Assembly: GCA_951406725.2 (NCBI GenBank)
Contig: OX597823.1
Location: 46,376,001-46,440,000, forward strand
Length of the DNA stretch: 64,000 bases
Direction of reading: 5' to 3'
Source: Octopus vulgaris
Taxonomy: Eukaryota
Shown piece after piece: positions 27,301 through 41,150 of this stretch. Both the position numbers and the translations under genes were made by a program. A model generated the notes under the pieces. That model saw nothing but the letters and a program-made list of their open reading frames with translations, did no database searches and was not told the DNA's origin. How positions within the stretch are numbered: the stretch's first letter is position 1; the number at the start of each line of letters is the position of its first letter.

Positions 27301-27889
27301 CAAAGTGTCATATTCCAATGATTTAGGAGAAATTACAACTCATTTGGTTTCTATAAAACGATAGTATCTCTCGATGTAGATAATATAAAGTACTAAGTAA
27401 ATTCTGGAGTCTATATATACGACTAACAGCTCCCTCACAATTACTGTTTTTTTGTTTTTGTTTTTTGTTTTTTACCTAAATTAGGGACCGTTATTATTAC
27501 AATATTAACAACAGCAACAACAGTGACACTTGCTCAGAGTCAGTAATTTTAAATTGCTCTTAAAACGATTGTATTGAATGCAATCTTGCCTCATTTGTTA
27601 CACAATGGGAGTTGTATATTTAGAGCAGTTAACAAAGAGAAGCTGTGAGAATTTTGTAAAATTTTTCACTCCTATTATACTGTAGAACCTAGTCTTCGTT
27701 AACACAAAAAATTATATATCTTTGCTTTAAAGGGCACGGTTCTGAATTAGAAACGTCGTTAAAGTAACAATTATAGGAAGCACTCTAGGAAATCTTGGGT
27801 GGTGTAACTCAAGAGCGGAGAGTTATTGTATTATCTGCTGCACTTTTAAGAACAAAGTCGTAGCTAAAAGCAAAGGGCGAAATTATAGA

Positions 27890-28780
27890 TCTACGCCGTC
27901 CATATACGTGGGGCCTTGTAAACGTGGCAAAGAAATACAATGGTGATCATCTCGTCACGGTATGGGTGATTGAATGAAGCGGCGTTAATGAGAGGCGATT
28001 TAAAACGGATTAGCAGGACACAAATGTCTCCCGAGAACCAAAATGCCATACAGGAACTGTGCCAAGCTGAGGGTTGCAAAACAAAAGGCATGAGAATGAT
28101 GGTACTAAGGAAACACTTAGTTGCAATGTATGCTGTAGTAAGAACCACTTCAGAACCTATTTGCCTTCAACAGTTAGAAAAATTAGGCATGAAAAACAAC
28201 GGAAGCTAACAGAGGAAGCAACATGACTAACAAGCCCCGATTTCCGGGACACCATCAGTCACATTCTGTGAATGGCGGAAAAATCGCCACGCGCTCAGTC
28301 TTAGAAACAAAAGCAGAAATCGCCACGCGCTCAGTCCTAGGAACAAAAGCAGACATTTCACAGAAGTGACTTGTATCTAGTCTGACAAGAAAAATGTTCA
28401 AACTGCTGGGGAAAATACAAAACAAGAAAGAAAAAAATCAAAGAAAGCAAAAACGAAAAAACTCCCCACAAATTTATTGAAAGATAGATGAGAGTGAAAA
28501 GCATGGTCCGAGTGAAAAGGCTGCCTCTGATTGTGCACCTGTACATTGAAGGAGGACAAGAGGAAAAAGACACTAACTTTAGTAGTCAGAGTTTCCACGA
28601 TTAACCTTCGGATGCCGTCCTCGTTTGTGGCGAGTTTATTCATTGTTTGAATTTTAATTGCTACTCTTATTTTTTTTGTTATACATTCTTCCAAGCAACC
28701 CCACACTGAATCTTTCTGTACCATCCCAAGTGATTTTGAAGAGGACTATTAGTGATTGAATAAAGAAAACTATATCATCA
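27890..28780 (+). mobile_element. possible degraded LINE ORF1-like (zinc-knuckle) non-autonomous element
   Basis: One frame gives REPKCH...LSCNVCCSKNHFRTYLP (degenerate CX2CX4HX4C), then a 36-bp tandem repeat, a Lys-rich stretch, AATAAA near 28760 and an (ATT)n tail. Confidence 0.35.
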
Positions 28781-28783
28781 TTG

Positions 28784-28847
<64 letters not shown>

Positions 28848-31800
28848 CATTATTATTATCATTATTATTATTAAAACTTTGTATCCGAGAGCAATATTTA
28901 ATGCTAAATATTTAACGTAATTCCTTGTTATTAATCGTGTAGGTTTAATGCATTAAAATTTCGAAGAATAGCATTAATAAGAAAATAGATATTAAAATCG
29001 ATGAGTTATGTTATCCGCACAACAGTATGTATGTATAAAAAAATTAATATTTCCTTCTCAAGCCGCGCCAGGCTCATGAGAGCCGGTTTCCCAGTCCGCC
29101 GTAGGATAACTCATGTTTGGCAGCTAAGTGGACTGGAGCAATGTGAAAAGAAGTGTTTGTCAACAACACAACGCATCACCCGGTACAGGAATCGAAACTA
29201 CAATTTTATGATCATGACTCCAACAGACTAACCACTTTACCACTCACCTCCAAATATGAATGCATGCTTGCATGCATATTTGCATGTGAAGTTAATGCTT
29301 TTAAATTAAATGCGAAAAAATATTCATTTAAATTTCAAAGAATACGGTAACATTCATTTAAAGAAGAATTTCGAACTATTTTGTGACTTAGATTTCATGG
29401 GCATGCGTTCATCAGACAACCAGTTGTCACCGAAAATTCGTTATGACTGTCATCTAAATTTGGCACAAGGCCAGCAATTTCAAACTCATCAGCGTGCGTT
29501 CGTCTGACAAACACTTGTCAGTTAAAATTCAATGTGACTGTCAACTTGTACATCGGTGTAATATTGATTTCAAAATCTGACACAAGGCCAGCGATTTCGG
29601 TAAAGGGTGTAGCCCGATTACGCCGTCTCCGGTATTCCACTGGTATATATTTTATTGACGCCGAAAGGATGAAAAAGCAAAGTCAACCTTGGCGAAATTT
29701 GAACTCAGAACGTAATGGCAACTAAAATGCCGTTAAGCATTTTGCTCGGGGCACTGACGATTCTGCCTTTTTGTAATATCTTAACATTAGTTTCAATAAT
29801 ACAAAACACTTTAATTATTGCTAAGCATTTTCCCGGTGCGCTAACGATTCCGTCTGCTTGCCGCCCTACATCCGTGTAATATTAATTTTTTAAATGATTA
29901 AAATGATATGACTTTTCATAATGTTTGGTACCAGGCTAGCAATTTTGGGAAGAAGAATCAAGTCGATTACATCGACCAAACTATTTAAGTAATAGTTCAA
30001 TCTTTTGACTGACCACGAAAGCATAAAGAGCAAAGTTGCTCTCAGCGGCATTTGAACTCTAAATGTAAATAAACGCGGAAAAAAAATCACTAAGCATTTT
30101 GTCTGTCGCGATAAAGGTTCTACCAGCTTACCTCCGCAGTAATACAACGTATTTTTGACAGATGAGTGGCGTGGAAGCCAAACTACTATCGTATGATCAA
30201 GAGTTCAACACCCACACCACTAAGCCACGCGCCTTTACAACAACAAAAACAATAACAGCAACAACGACTACAACAACAACAACAATAATAATAATAATAA
30301 TAATAATAATTCTTTCTGATCTAAGGGCAAAATCTGAAATTTGGAAGGAACAGTTTAGATTATTAAATCTACCACAGTACTTAAATTTATCGAACCCGTT
30401 GGCAAAAAACGTAAAGTTTTTTTTGTTGTTGCTTTTTCAATGAGATTTCAACACAAAGCGTAAAGTGTCTGAATAAATACCAATGATAGGCATTTTTTGA
30501 CGCTCTACAACGCTTCTTCAACGACGACCACGACGACCACGACGATGTTGATTTTTTTTATTGCCCACAAAGAGACATTGAAGACTATATAAGGACGACT
30601 AAACAAATACACATAATATTTAAAAGAATAAAACAACCAAAATACCCAAAACATAATTACTTTACGAGCACGAAATTGCCCACTACAAACATAACGCCAA
30701 TAGTCGACCTAATTGTGGAATCGTATAGAAACAAATAAATATAAACTAGGCTATATTGTTACTTCAAGAAATCATTTAACCTCTTTATCAAAACATTTAG
30801 TTCATGCTAGTCGGTGTAATGGTGATAACGAAAAATATATAGGACAAAGAAAATCATATCTTATGTTGCATACTCAATACTCGTAGAAACAAATACGAAA
30901 TTCTAAAACAGATTACACTAAGTGAACACTTAGACGTATGCATACACCAAAATTCTTATTCTTCCGTCTTTACCACAGCAAAAATGCAGAAAAACAAAAA
31001 ATATATGCCTATAAAAATCTATGAACTATGACTTAGCTAAGACAACATATCGAACAGACATTGTACTTCACAATCTTGCACACAGACACTGTATATGTAC
31101 AAAAACAGGTCATTTCTTTATATTTCATTCAACCTATTATTTATAACAGTACATGGATCAACGGTCTTCACATTTGGTACAATTATCATCCATACTGTCA
31201 CGTACAGAATACGCAATTGTTAACCATGTAATAGTTGTTCTTGCATATAGAATTTAACGACGAAATTATTTGCTTAAGCGTGCTGATGTGAGCAAGATAA
31301 ATAACAAATTATCACATGCACGAAGAAGAGCGGAAACCAAAGTGATGACGTTCATATTCATTCTAATACGTTTTGGTAGATATGAAGATATGAACGTGAA
31401 TATGTAAATCGCTGGTGTGTTCCGTTTTCCCTGAACACCTTGACCAGCTCTGACTGAAGATACACAATCAGGTCGAAGCAATGGTGCTTCAACGTCTACT
31501 TAAAAGAAACTCAGTGCGTTGGGTACACTCATCGTATGAAAAAGGCATTCTTCGAAGGCAAACTGCACCAGCGGTTTGCATTTTCACATTCGGATCACAT
31601 TGCGAGTGAATATGTACGTCATTATATCAATGGCTACTAAGACGGCGAGCTGGCGGAATTCTTAGCATGCTGGACGAAATGCTTAGCGGTATTTCGCCCG
31701 TCGCAACGTTCTGAGTTCAAATTCCGCCAAGGTCGACTTAACCTTTCATCCTTTGGTGGTCGGTAAATTAAGTACCAGTTGATTACTAGGGTTGATGTAA

Positions 31801-32299
31801 CCAACTAATCCGCTCGTTCAAATTTCAGGTCTTGTACCTTTAGTAAAAAGGATTATATTAATGGCTTCTGTTCACCATGCGTATGACAAACATATGCATA
31901 CCTATGTATTCATGTATGCATCTATGTATGTATGTATATATGAATGAATGAACACACACACACACACACACACACTTATATATATATATATATATATATA
32001 CGATCTTTTGTGGTGTACATTTGTGTTTCAGGGTTTTGTATTCGTTCTGTATTATGAATTCATGTAATAATGCCACAGTGAAATACGTCACACGTGAAAA
32101 TATAGGAAATAATTTCTAAAATAACAAAATAATCGTTAATTAAGAATAAACGTGAAATGAAAAATCATGTTGTTCAGACGTAATGTATTCAATGATATAA
32201 TATTCATTACAAATCTATGCAATGTATTTCTATAGAAAGTAATTGGAGATCTGCAATTAAAGAACACGGTTTTATAGCGACTTTATAAAACAAAACCTC

Positions 32300-33600
32300 G
32301 ACAACTCTAATTTTGAGTCAACGACCACCTAACACTTGTCTGATGTCTCCACCACCACTACCACTTTCTTTCAGTGTTTTCGTTCTATTAATTCTTTAGT
32401 CTTTATTGCAGATCAACATATATTTTATTTATTTTCATCCTTGGTCATTTTCTGTGACAACCTTGGTGATTTTCCCTGACAATCACACCATCCACAGACC
32501 CTTTTTTTCCCTCTGAATGGTTCAGACAAGTTTCTATATAGATGGGTGCTAGTATTCAACAAAGTGGTAAATTTTTTTGTTTCAGCTTTCACATAGGATG
32601 TTAGTTCTTGATCAATTTTTTCATAGCATGTTCCAAATCTCATGTAGGAATTTTTGAAGAATGCACTCAGAGTTTGCATCTTCTCCCATAAACATGTGCT
32701 AGATTTGGTCGAAGTGGATCCTACTCTAGTAGTGGAACCTTCTCTTTAAGACAAACCTTAAGTAGTTACATTCCTGCTGCCTCGTTTCCATGTAGTAGAC
32801 GTTCCAGTGAATCTATCTCATCCCAAAATTGACGGAATTCATCACTCTCTCTGAAGTGGTTGGTCAGACCAACGTCCTTCATATTCCTCCAAGTATTATG
32901 AGCAACCTTATAGGTGCGTCTCCTCTCCTAAAAGATTCTTGACGGCTTGGATAATCGTCGGCTTCAACTCAACAATTATGGTTGCTAGGTCTGAGCAGAG
33001 GTAACTGCTGAGACTACTTGCAGAAGGGTTTTGTATATATTTTGTATTTTAGTCAGCAAACAGAGCAAAACAATAGAAACTGCAGTATTATGGATAAGGA
33101 CACGTATCATAAAAAGCTACCGGAATCCTAGCGGAGACATTGATTAGATCCACCAATCCTTGAGGTCCCAGTGATTCATAAGAACCAAAAGATATACGAA
33201 TGTCAGTATCTCGTCTATTGTTGAACTACAAGAATGTCTTTGTGTCAGAAACAAAATTCTCATTTCTTTATTGCCCACAAGAGGCTAAACACAGAGAGGT
33301 CAATCAAGGACAGACAAACGGATTAAGTCGATTACATCGACCCCAGTGCGTAACTGGTACTTAATTTATCGACCCCGAAAGAATAAAAGGAAAAGTCTAC
33401 CTCGGCGGAATTTGAACTCAGAACGTAGCGACAGACGAAATACCGCTAAGCATTTCGCCCGGTGCGCTAACGATTCTGCCAGCTCGCTGCCTTTCTCCGT
33501 AAATTCTCCATAAAGTACCAGAGCCACAAGAATTTCTAATATTGGTGGACGGAGTTTTGATCATCGGTTAGGTGGAGTTCTCTTTAATGTGTCCCCATTT
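32300..33600 (-). pseudogene. MULE/Mutator-like DDE transposase fossil, interrupted by SINE A (33262-33495)
   Basis: Manual - strand translation gives DTLKRT..RPP..GEFT|ENFV, TIIVELKPTIIQAVKNLLGEETHL*GC, TWRNMKDVGLTNHFRESDEFRQF, EIWNM..RTNILCES*NKK..HPSI*KLV*TIQRE, matching MULE motifs (GC.FH..Q..WR...LGL; IWN...RTNN.CE.WN...HP.IW). Confidence 0.78.
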
Positions 33601-34288
33601 AATTACTATACTTTGGTTAAGCTAAGATCAATTTCTGTTTTATCTTTTAATGCTAATTGTAATCTCTTAATACTAGTTTCAAATTTTGGCACATGGCTAG
33701 TAATTGCGAAGTGGGTAATTCTATTACATCTACTCCGGTGCTAAACTGGTACTTATTTTATCGACACTCAGATCATAAAGATGGACGAAATGACGCTAGG
33801 CACTTTGCCCGGGGGTGCCACCTCATTGTCTGGTAATATCTTACTATCAATTTCAGTTTTTGGCACAAGGCCAGCAAGATCGGGGGTGACGGCTAGTCGA
33901 TTATATCGACCCCAGTGCTCAACTGCTACTTATTTTATCGACCCCAAAAGGATGAGAAGCAAATTCGACCTCGGCGGAATTTGAACTCAGAACGTCAAAG
34001 TCAAACGAAATGCCACAAAGTACATTGTTCAGCGTGTTAACATTTCTGCCAATTCACCGCCTACTTGTAATATCTTAATATTAATTTCAATAATACAAAA
34101 CGTTTTAATTATTTCGGTTTAGCTCAGATCAATTGCTTTTATAATTGTTTCTGCATTTGGTTTGCAAGATCCTTGATGTCGTCTCATGAGTTGAAACAGC
34201 TTTCGTTGAATCTCGGAGGGGTCATTATGTCAACACTAAACACATGCACTAATTCGATTTCACTTTTATTATTATTATTATTATTATT

Positions 34289-34350
<62 letters not shown>

Positions 34351-34351
<1 letters not shown>

Positions 34352-34902
34352 CCTTCGTAACACTGTGTATGTAAAAATGCATAGGAGTCTTTAGTTACCT
34401 GTCAAGTCACAAGAAGGACTTCAGACAGATAGTACTTTCCTTAAGATGTGCGCTGCTTTTTGCAAGACATCAATTTTGCATGGGATTTCCTGTTGCCTTA
34501 AGAAGTCTTGAAGTTTCAATGCGATTGAGCCCAACGCTCCGATCACCACTGGTATCACTTTTACATTACCCTCTCGCATTCGATGCAGTCTTACCATTTC
34601 CACTTTCAATTCGGAGCCCTTGGTGATTTTTTCAACCTCTTTACTCACAACATTCATGTCATTTTGTATGGCCTCATCAATGATCAGACAGTATTTGTCT
34701 CTCTTATTAAATATGACAATATCTGGCCAACAGTGTTTGATTACACAATCCGTCTGAAAATCATAGTCCCAGGGTATCGTTACTAGTCCATCCTCCTGCA
34801 TAACTTTACTTGGTACATGCTCATAGCAGTTATCTGTTACTTCATATTGGTATTTACGGCGTAAGAGCCAATGAAGATACACATATTTTATCGTGGCGGC
34901 GC

Positions 34903-34950
<48 letters not shown>

Positions 34951-35358
34951 AAGGCTCTCACATCCACTTACCAAGTGGGTCCCATTTTCCACACTCTTTC
35001 CACAGAGTCTACATTTCTGTGTGTCAGAAGTTTTATAGATATTTATACTTCGCTGAATTGGTAGCGAGAGCTTGATCTTGTGCAGCAATGATCAGGCTTT
35101 CGGTGGTACGCTTCAAATCACCTCGCTCAGGCCATACCCATGATGCTGCCTTATTCTTAACGTCCCGTGTATTCCTATCGACCTGTTCATGCATTCTCAT
35201 TTCAAGAATGTCTTCTTTTCTCTTCTTCTCAGCTCTTTGGTTAAATTCTTCCTTCCCCATCATTTCATCTGCATTTACACCCACATCTTTCGCAGCATAT
35301 TGCAACAGGTCTTCATCACTATTTATCAAATACTCAGCAAGTGTCCTCCTTTCACTCC

Positions 35359-35360
<2 letters not shown>
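34351..35360 (-). mobile_element. 5'-truncated R4/Dong-like RLE non-LTR retrotransposon (frameshifted)
   Basis: TESLIIAAQDQAL, CRLCGKSVENGTHLVSGC (CCHC), RRHD, WDYDFQTD..HCWPDIVIF..CLIID, VIPVVIGALG and ILRKVL: zinc knuckle plus PD-(D/E)XK RLE; flanked on both sides by (TTA)n. Confidence 0.9.
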
Positions 35361-35417
<57 letters not shown>

Positions 35418-35975
35418 GTGTGAGAGAGCAGTGCATGCCATCAAAGTGACACAGGGGTACAAATATACGAAGCCCAGTATGCCCATCATGACTACCCGTC
35501 TGATAAGGGTACACCAGGCACATACATTAGAACCATATGTGCGCGACATGATGATCTCATATCAAGATAAACAGCGCATGACCTTGCGGGTGAAACCCAG
35601 TTAGAACTTTCTTCAGGTTGAGTAGCCCGTCTCGCTCAAAAGATCCCTGAATAAGGATTGTTTAAGGACGTTGAACAAAAACACCCATATTTCCAAAGGT
35701 GAATTATCCAAACTCCAAAGAATTCCTCTCAACACACGGCTATGATGCCCCTCCCCCACTACTTCTGCTCGTAATCAGAGATGCACATATCGTCAGCCAC
35801 TAAGGGACATGCTCAACTGGTTATGGTCAAACAACTGACAAGCAAATCTGTGGGTTACTGAGCAGAATATTTGCTGTAGCCCATCTTTTATACCAAGACA
35901 AAAAACAATGTACATGATAACGCTTCCAATCAGTTAAGATCAGAATCCATAAGAGCCACTGTCTGGTACTGCATC
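35418..35975 (-). mobile_element. non-coding repeat embedded in (TAA)n, probable 3' end or non-autonomous derivative of a TAA-targeting retroelement
   Basis: ~560 bp of complex sequence bounded by (TTA)n on both sides; the - strand ends CTCTCTCACAC(AAT)n. Orientation is inferred. Confidence 0.5.
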
Positions 35976-35986
35976 ATTATAGTTAC

Positions 35987-36037
<51 letters not shown>

Positions 36038-36045
36038 CATTATTA

Positions 36046-36116
<71 letters not shown>

Positions 36117-36456
36117 TATTATTATTATTAATCAATTCGTTAACATCTTATCAATTAATCAAACGATTGAGATTGAATGATTAATCATTCAATTAATCAA
36201 TAAATCAGCTAAGTTTGTCAGACTCCTTTCATCACCATTTGCGACCTTATCTATGATATGTCCTCATTCGTCTCCAAGTCTGCGTCAGGTCTGTCCGGCA
36301 GGTTTTTTTTTATTATTTTGTTTTGCTATTTTCTCCTTTTTCCTTGTATGCCACTTCTGCCCGTCCCCACATTACCCGTGTCCTTCTTATGTTGCACTGT
36401 GTTTCATACGTGTCTTTCAGTGTATTTGTGGTGATATACATACATATATATATATA

Positions 36457-36665
36457 TGACCGCGTGTGTACCGTTGGCGATTTTTGTCCCTCTGTCTTCC
36501 CTTCTCTGGATCTTTCCTTCTCCTATATTTCCGACGAAGAGCTCCGCTCGAAACGTTAAACCCTCCTTCTTCCCTTCCTTCCTGAGCGTCCAATAATACT
36601 ATATTTGTTCCACGTCCTCGCGTTGTTGTGTTTTCTCTTTGTGTTTTCATGTTTGGATTAACTAT
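36457..36665 (+). mobile_element. Penelope-like short element with minimal hammerhead-like motif
   Basis: CCGACGAAGAGCTCCGCTCGAAACGTTAAA followed by CCTGAGCGTCCAATAATAC; related copies at 25311-25447, 60845-61010, 41692-41815 and 37170-37275(-); (TA)n flanks. Confidence 0.6.
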
Positions 36666-36707
36666 ATATATATGTATGTATTTATGTATGTATGTATAGA
36701 TACATAC

Positions 36708-36817
<110 letters not shown>

Positions 36818-36911
36818 TATATAATATATATAATATATGACCACAGTCAAATGGCCATAGTCAATTGACTGAAACAAGTAAAAAGAAAAGAAAAAGAAAG
36901 AATATATATAT

Positions 36912-36985
<74 letters not shown>

Positions 36986-37067
36986 GGAAAAAGGAAAACA
37001 AAACCTTGACAGGACGAGTATTTCACTTAGGTTATTTAGAATATTCAATTACAGAAAGGTGAATCCT

Positions 37068-37163
<96 letters not shown>

Positions 37164-37387
37164 ATATAGTTCAAATTTACAAAAAATAAAGGACAAAGAT
37201 AGGGGAGGGAGGAACAACAAGCAGGTGTACTTGTTTGACGAGCGGGAAGAATGGAGAAGTCTTTGACGTTTCGAGAGAACGAAAAAAACAAGCAGAACAT
37301 CTGTATAGGGATTAATGTTTCACCATGATAAGAAGAGAAAATAATACACATACACACACACACACACGCAGGCACACATATATTGCC

Positions 37388-37715
37388 ACAGGCGTGGTTG
37401 TGTGATAAGAAGCTTGTCTCCCAACCACATGGTTCCGCGTTCAGTCCCAGTGTGTGGGGCACCTTGGGCAAATGCCTTTTACTATAGCTCCAAGCCAACC
37501 AAAGCCTTGTAAAGGAATTTGGTAAGTCGGAAACTAAAAGGATCCTATCATATATGTATGTGTGTGTGTGTGTGTGTGCTCCACGACCACACCATTTGAC
37601 CACCGGTGTGGCACCTTCGGCAAGTGTTTTCTGCTGTAGCTCCAAGCCAACTAAGGCCTTGTGAGGGGATTTGGTAGTCGGAAACTAAAAGGATCCCGTT
37701 ATATATATGTTTATA

Positions 37716-37760
<45 letters not shown>

Positions 37761-37960
37761 CCCACGACCACCACCATTTGACCACCGGTGTTGGTGTATT
37801 TACGTCCCTGTAAGGTAGCGGTTCGGCAAAAAAATATCGATAGAACAAGTACCAGGCTAAAAAGAAAAACAATACTGGGATTGATTTATTCGACTCAGAA
37901 TTCTGCACGGTGGCGCCCCAGCATGGCCACAGTCTAATGGCTGAAAGAAGTAAAAGATAA
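37388..37960 (+). mobile_element. SINE family B with internal tandem duplication
   Basis: The block GGCACCTT.GGCAA...GGAAACTAAAAGGATCC...CCACGACCAC..CCATTTGACCACCGGTG occurs twice (about 37458-37610 and 37611-37790). Confidence 0.8.
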
Positions 37961-37991
37961 AAGAGATATGAGTGTGTGCGTGCGTGCGTGC

Positions 37992-38067
<76 letters not shown>

Positions 38068-38089
38068 ATGTGTGTGCATGTGTGTGTGT

Positions 38090-38168
38090 GTGTGTTCTTC
38101 AGACATGGCGAGTTGATAGGAGTGGGTTCGGCTTTGCATTATTGAGTAAGGTTATGTAAAGATCTTCG

Positions 38169-38238
<70 letters not shown>

Positions 38239-38301
38239 TATTTATGTGTTTGTCTGTATGAGAGAGGAAGCGAAAAAGAAGCGAAAGAGAAAGGTTGATA
38301 A

Positions 38302-38333
<32 letters not shown>

Positions 38334-38545
38334 GGAAAGAGGGAGGAGAAAGACGCAGTTTGTAATATTGTCTACAGTTTTGAGTGTCGGTAATTCTCTT
38401 CTCTCTGTGTACGTGCGCGCGTTTGTGTGTGTGTCTGTGTGTGTGTGCATGTGTGTGTGCAAATGTGTCCATATCAATGCATGCTTTCGTGACCTTGTAC
38501 AAGTGATTGTGCGTGTGTGTGTCTATTTGTGTGTGTGTGTGTCTA

Positions 38546-38587
<42 letters not shown>

Positions 38588-38928
38588 GCGACAATGCTAG
38601 AGTCCATGTTTTTATATTTCTGTTTGTGTCTGTGTGTTCAAGTCTGTATCTGTCCTTAACGTCGAAGTGCGTGTGTGTGTGTGTGTGTGTATGTGTGTAG
38701 CTCGACGGCGGTATATAAATTGCAGTGTGTCTTTGTGCCGAGGTAGTCGTATGTATGTGTGTGTGGATATGCGGCGTATATCCACACACACATATAGGGT
38801 GTGATATAGACTTATAAGGTTTTGATATAGACTCATTGTTATTACTTATATTTTTATACCGTTCGATGTGTCTGTCTACGTATATATATATGTGTGTGTG
38901 TGTATGTGTGTGTAAGCGTCCATGCTTG

Positions 38929-38962
<34 letters not shown>

Positions 38963-39141
38963 GTGCATGTGTGTATGGATGTACAGTTGTGTGTGTGTGT
39001 GAGTGTAACGTGGTCCTTTATAGAGTATTTTTGTGCGTACGTAGACGTACGTGTGTGTCTGTGGGAGACATGTCACGGCATGAAATTTTTGTCTGTGTGT
39101 TCGCTCTCTCTCTCTCTGCGCTCACGTCTTGACAAACAAGC

Positions 39142-39194
<53 letters not shown>

Positions 39195-39211
39195 TAGTAG
39201 CGGGTGTAGTT

Positions 39212-39250
<39 letters not shown>

Positions 39251-39622
39251 AGTGTGCACGTAAGCGTCTTCACATGTGCGCTCATACAACTGTGGGTTTT
39301 TTTTCTCTTTTATCAATAGCTTTCGAAGGCGGGTGGGTGTCTCTGTTTTTACGCGTGTGCGTACGTGTACGTATACGTTTGTGTTGATGCGTGTGCATGT
39401 ACGTGCATATGGATGTGAATGAGTGTGTGTGCGTGTGTAGGTCCGTATGCGTGTGTGTATGCGCGCGTGTGTGTGCGTGTGTGTGTGTGCGTGTGTGAGT
39501 GTGTGTGAGTGTATGTGTGTGTGTGTGTGTTTCTGAAGACAAGGTGATTGGAACTGTTTTCTGTGTGTTTGTATAATTCATATTTGTGGATGTACGGTGT
39601 AGTGGGTGTGTGTGTGTGTGTG

Positions 39623-39660
<38 letters not shown>

Positions 39661-39845
39661 TGTGTGTGTGTGTGTGACGTAGGATATGTACACATGCCTA
39701 TATATGTTTGCATACGTGCTTGCATGTATGTATATATGTATGTATATGTATGTATATGTATGTATGTATATGTATGTATGTATGCATGTATGTATGTATG
39801 TATGTGTGTATGTATGTATGTAGTAGTAACAGTAGTAGTAGTAGT

Positions 39846-39928
<83 letters not shown>

Positions 39929-40217
39929 CAGCAGCAGCAACAACATGTATGTACTAACTGTATATGCATAGACCGACAGTATACTTTGAATGGATATTTA
40001 TAAGTTTAATTTTGTGTATATGTGTGTATAATGTGTATATGTGCGTGAATTGTTGTGTGTTGTTGTTGGTGATTATGTTAAAGGGTGCACATGTGAGTGT
40101 GGGCGTACGTGCATCTGTGTGTGTGTGTGTGTGTGTGTGTGCATGTTTGAAAGCGATTGTGTGCAGGTTGGGGAGTACGTCTGTCTGTGATCGAAGCAGT
40201 AATGATATGCGTGTGCG

Positions 40218-40276
<59 letters not shown>

Positions 40277-40981
40277 ATAGGAAGTACAGTTTGATGGTTA
40301 TATAGCAGGGTATGTGTTTAAGTGACTGGATCAATAAGTTAGGTGTTTGTATACATACATACATACATACATACACACACACATACATACATACATACAT
40401 ACATGCATACGTATGTGTGTGTTTGTGTGTTGGGTGTTAGACTTACTGAAAAATGTATATTTCGTGTCAATTCTATGTATGTGGGTGTATATAAACGTAT
40501 TTGTTTTTCTCGTGTATATGTTTCCTTTTTCGTATGTGTGTGTGTGTGTATATACGCCTAGCATCATGTGTGTACATGCAGTCTCCACTATGTATGTGTG
40601 TTTATGCAATTACATATATGTTTATGCGTGTAGGTGTGTATATGCATATATATATACCTCCATGCATATATGTATGTATACATATATAAATGTGTGTGTC
40701 TGTGTGTTCTGTGAGTACGTCTATGCATGTGTGTTTGCTGGTATTTCTGTGTACACATCAATGAGATTAAGCATGTGCATGTATGAATCTAAGTACACAC
40801 AAGTGTTTGTGTGTCCCTATGTGTCCAGGATTTTTGTCTTGCCTGTACAATGTACATATCGAATGTGTTTGCAGCTACATGTGTCCTATGTCTCCCAGTT
40901 TATGGTCTTGTGTCCATGTAGGGACGTTCGTTTATGTCCCCACATGTACCTATATGAATGTGTGTGTGTATATATATACAT

Positions 40982-41027
<46 letters not shown>

Positions 41028-41054
41028 TTATGTATATGCATGTATATATTATCC

Positions 41055-41120
<66 letters not shown>

Positions 41121-41150
41121 TTGTGTGTGTGTTTGTGTGTGTACTCCTAC
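38090..41150. repeat. compound low-complexity domain: (TG)n, (TATG)n, (TAG)n/(CAG)n
   Basis: Directly visible; trinucleotide blocks at about 39139-39248 and 39820-39940. Confidence 0.9.

Noticed and set aside
28281-28352. 36-bp direct repeats suggestive of CRISPR
   Set aside because: Only two abutting units, no spacers, eukaryotic context, no cas genes.
30600-31620. Unique ~1-kb stretch as the 3' UTR or last exon of a - strand gene
   Set aside because: The composition is compatible, but I found no convincing ORF or splice site, and the terminal AATAAA belongs to a LINE/SINE-type tail.
32425-32679. 84-aa ORF as a host exon
   Set aside because: Off-frame reading of the MULE fossil.
39073-39285. 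Poly-Ala/poly-Thr ORF resembling a transcription-factor low-complexity region
   Set aside because: Explained by a compound (TAG)n(CAG)n tract; an equivalent tract recurs at about 39820-39940, and there is no recognisable domain.
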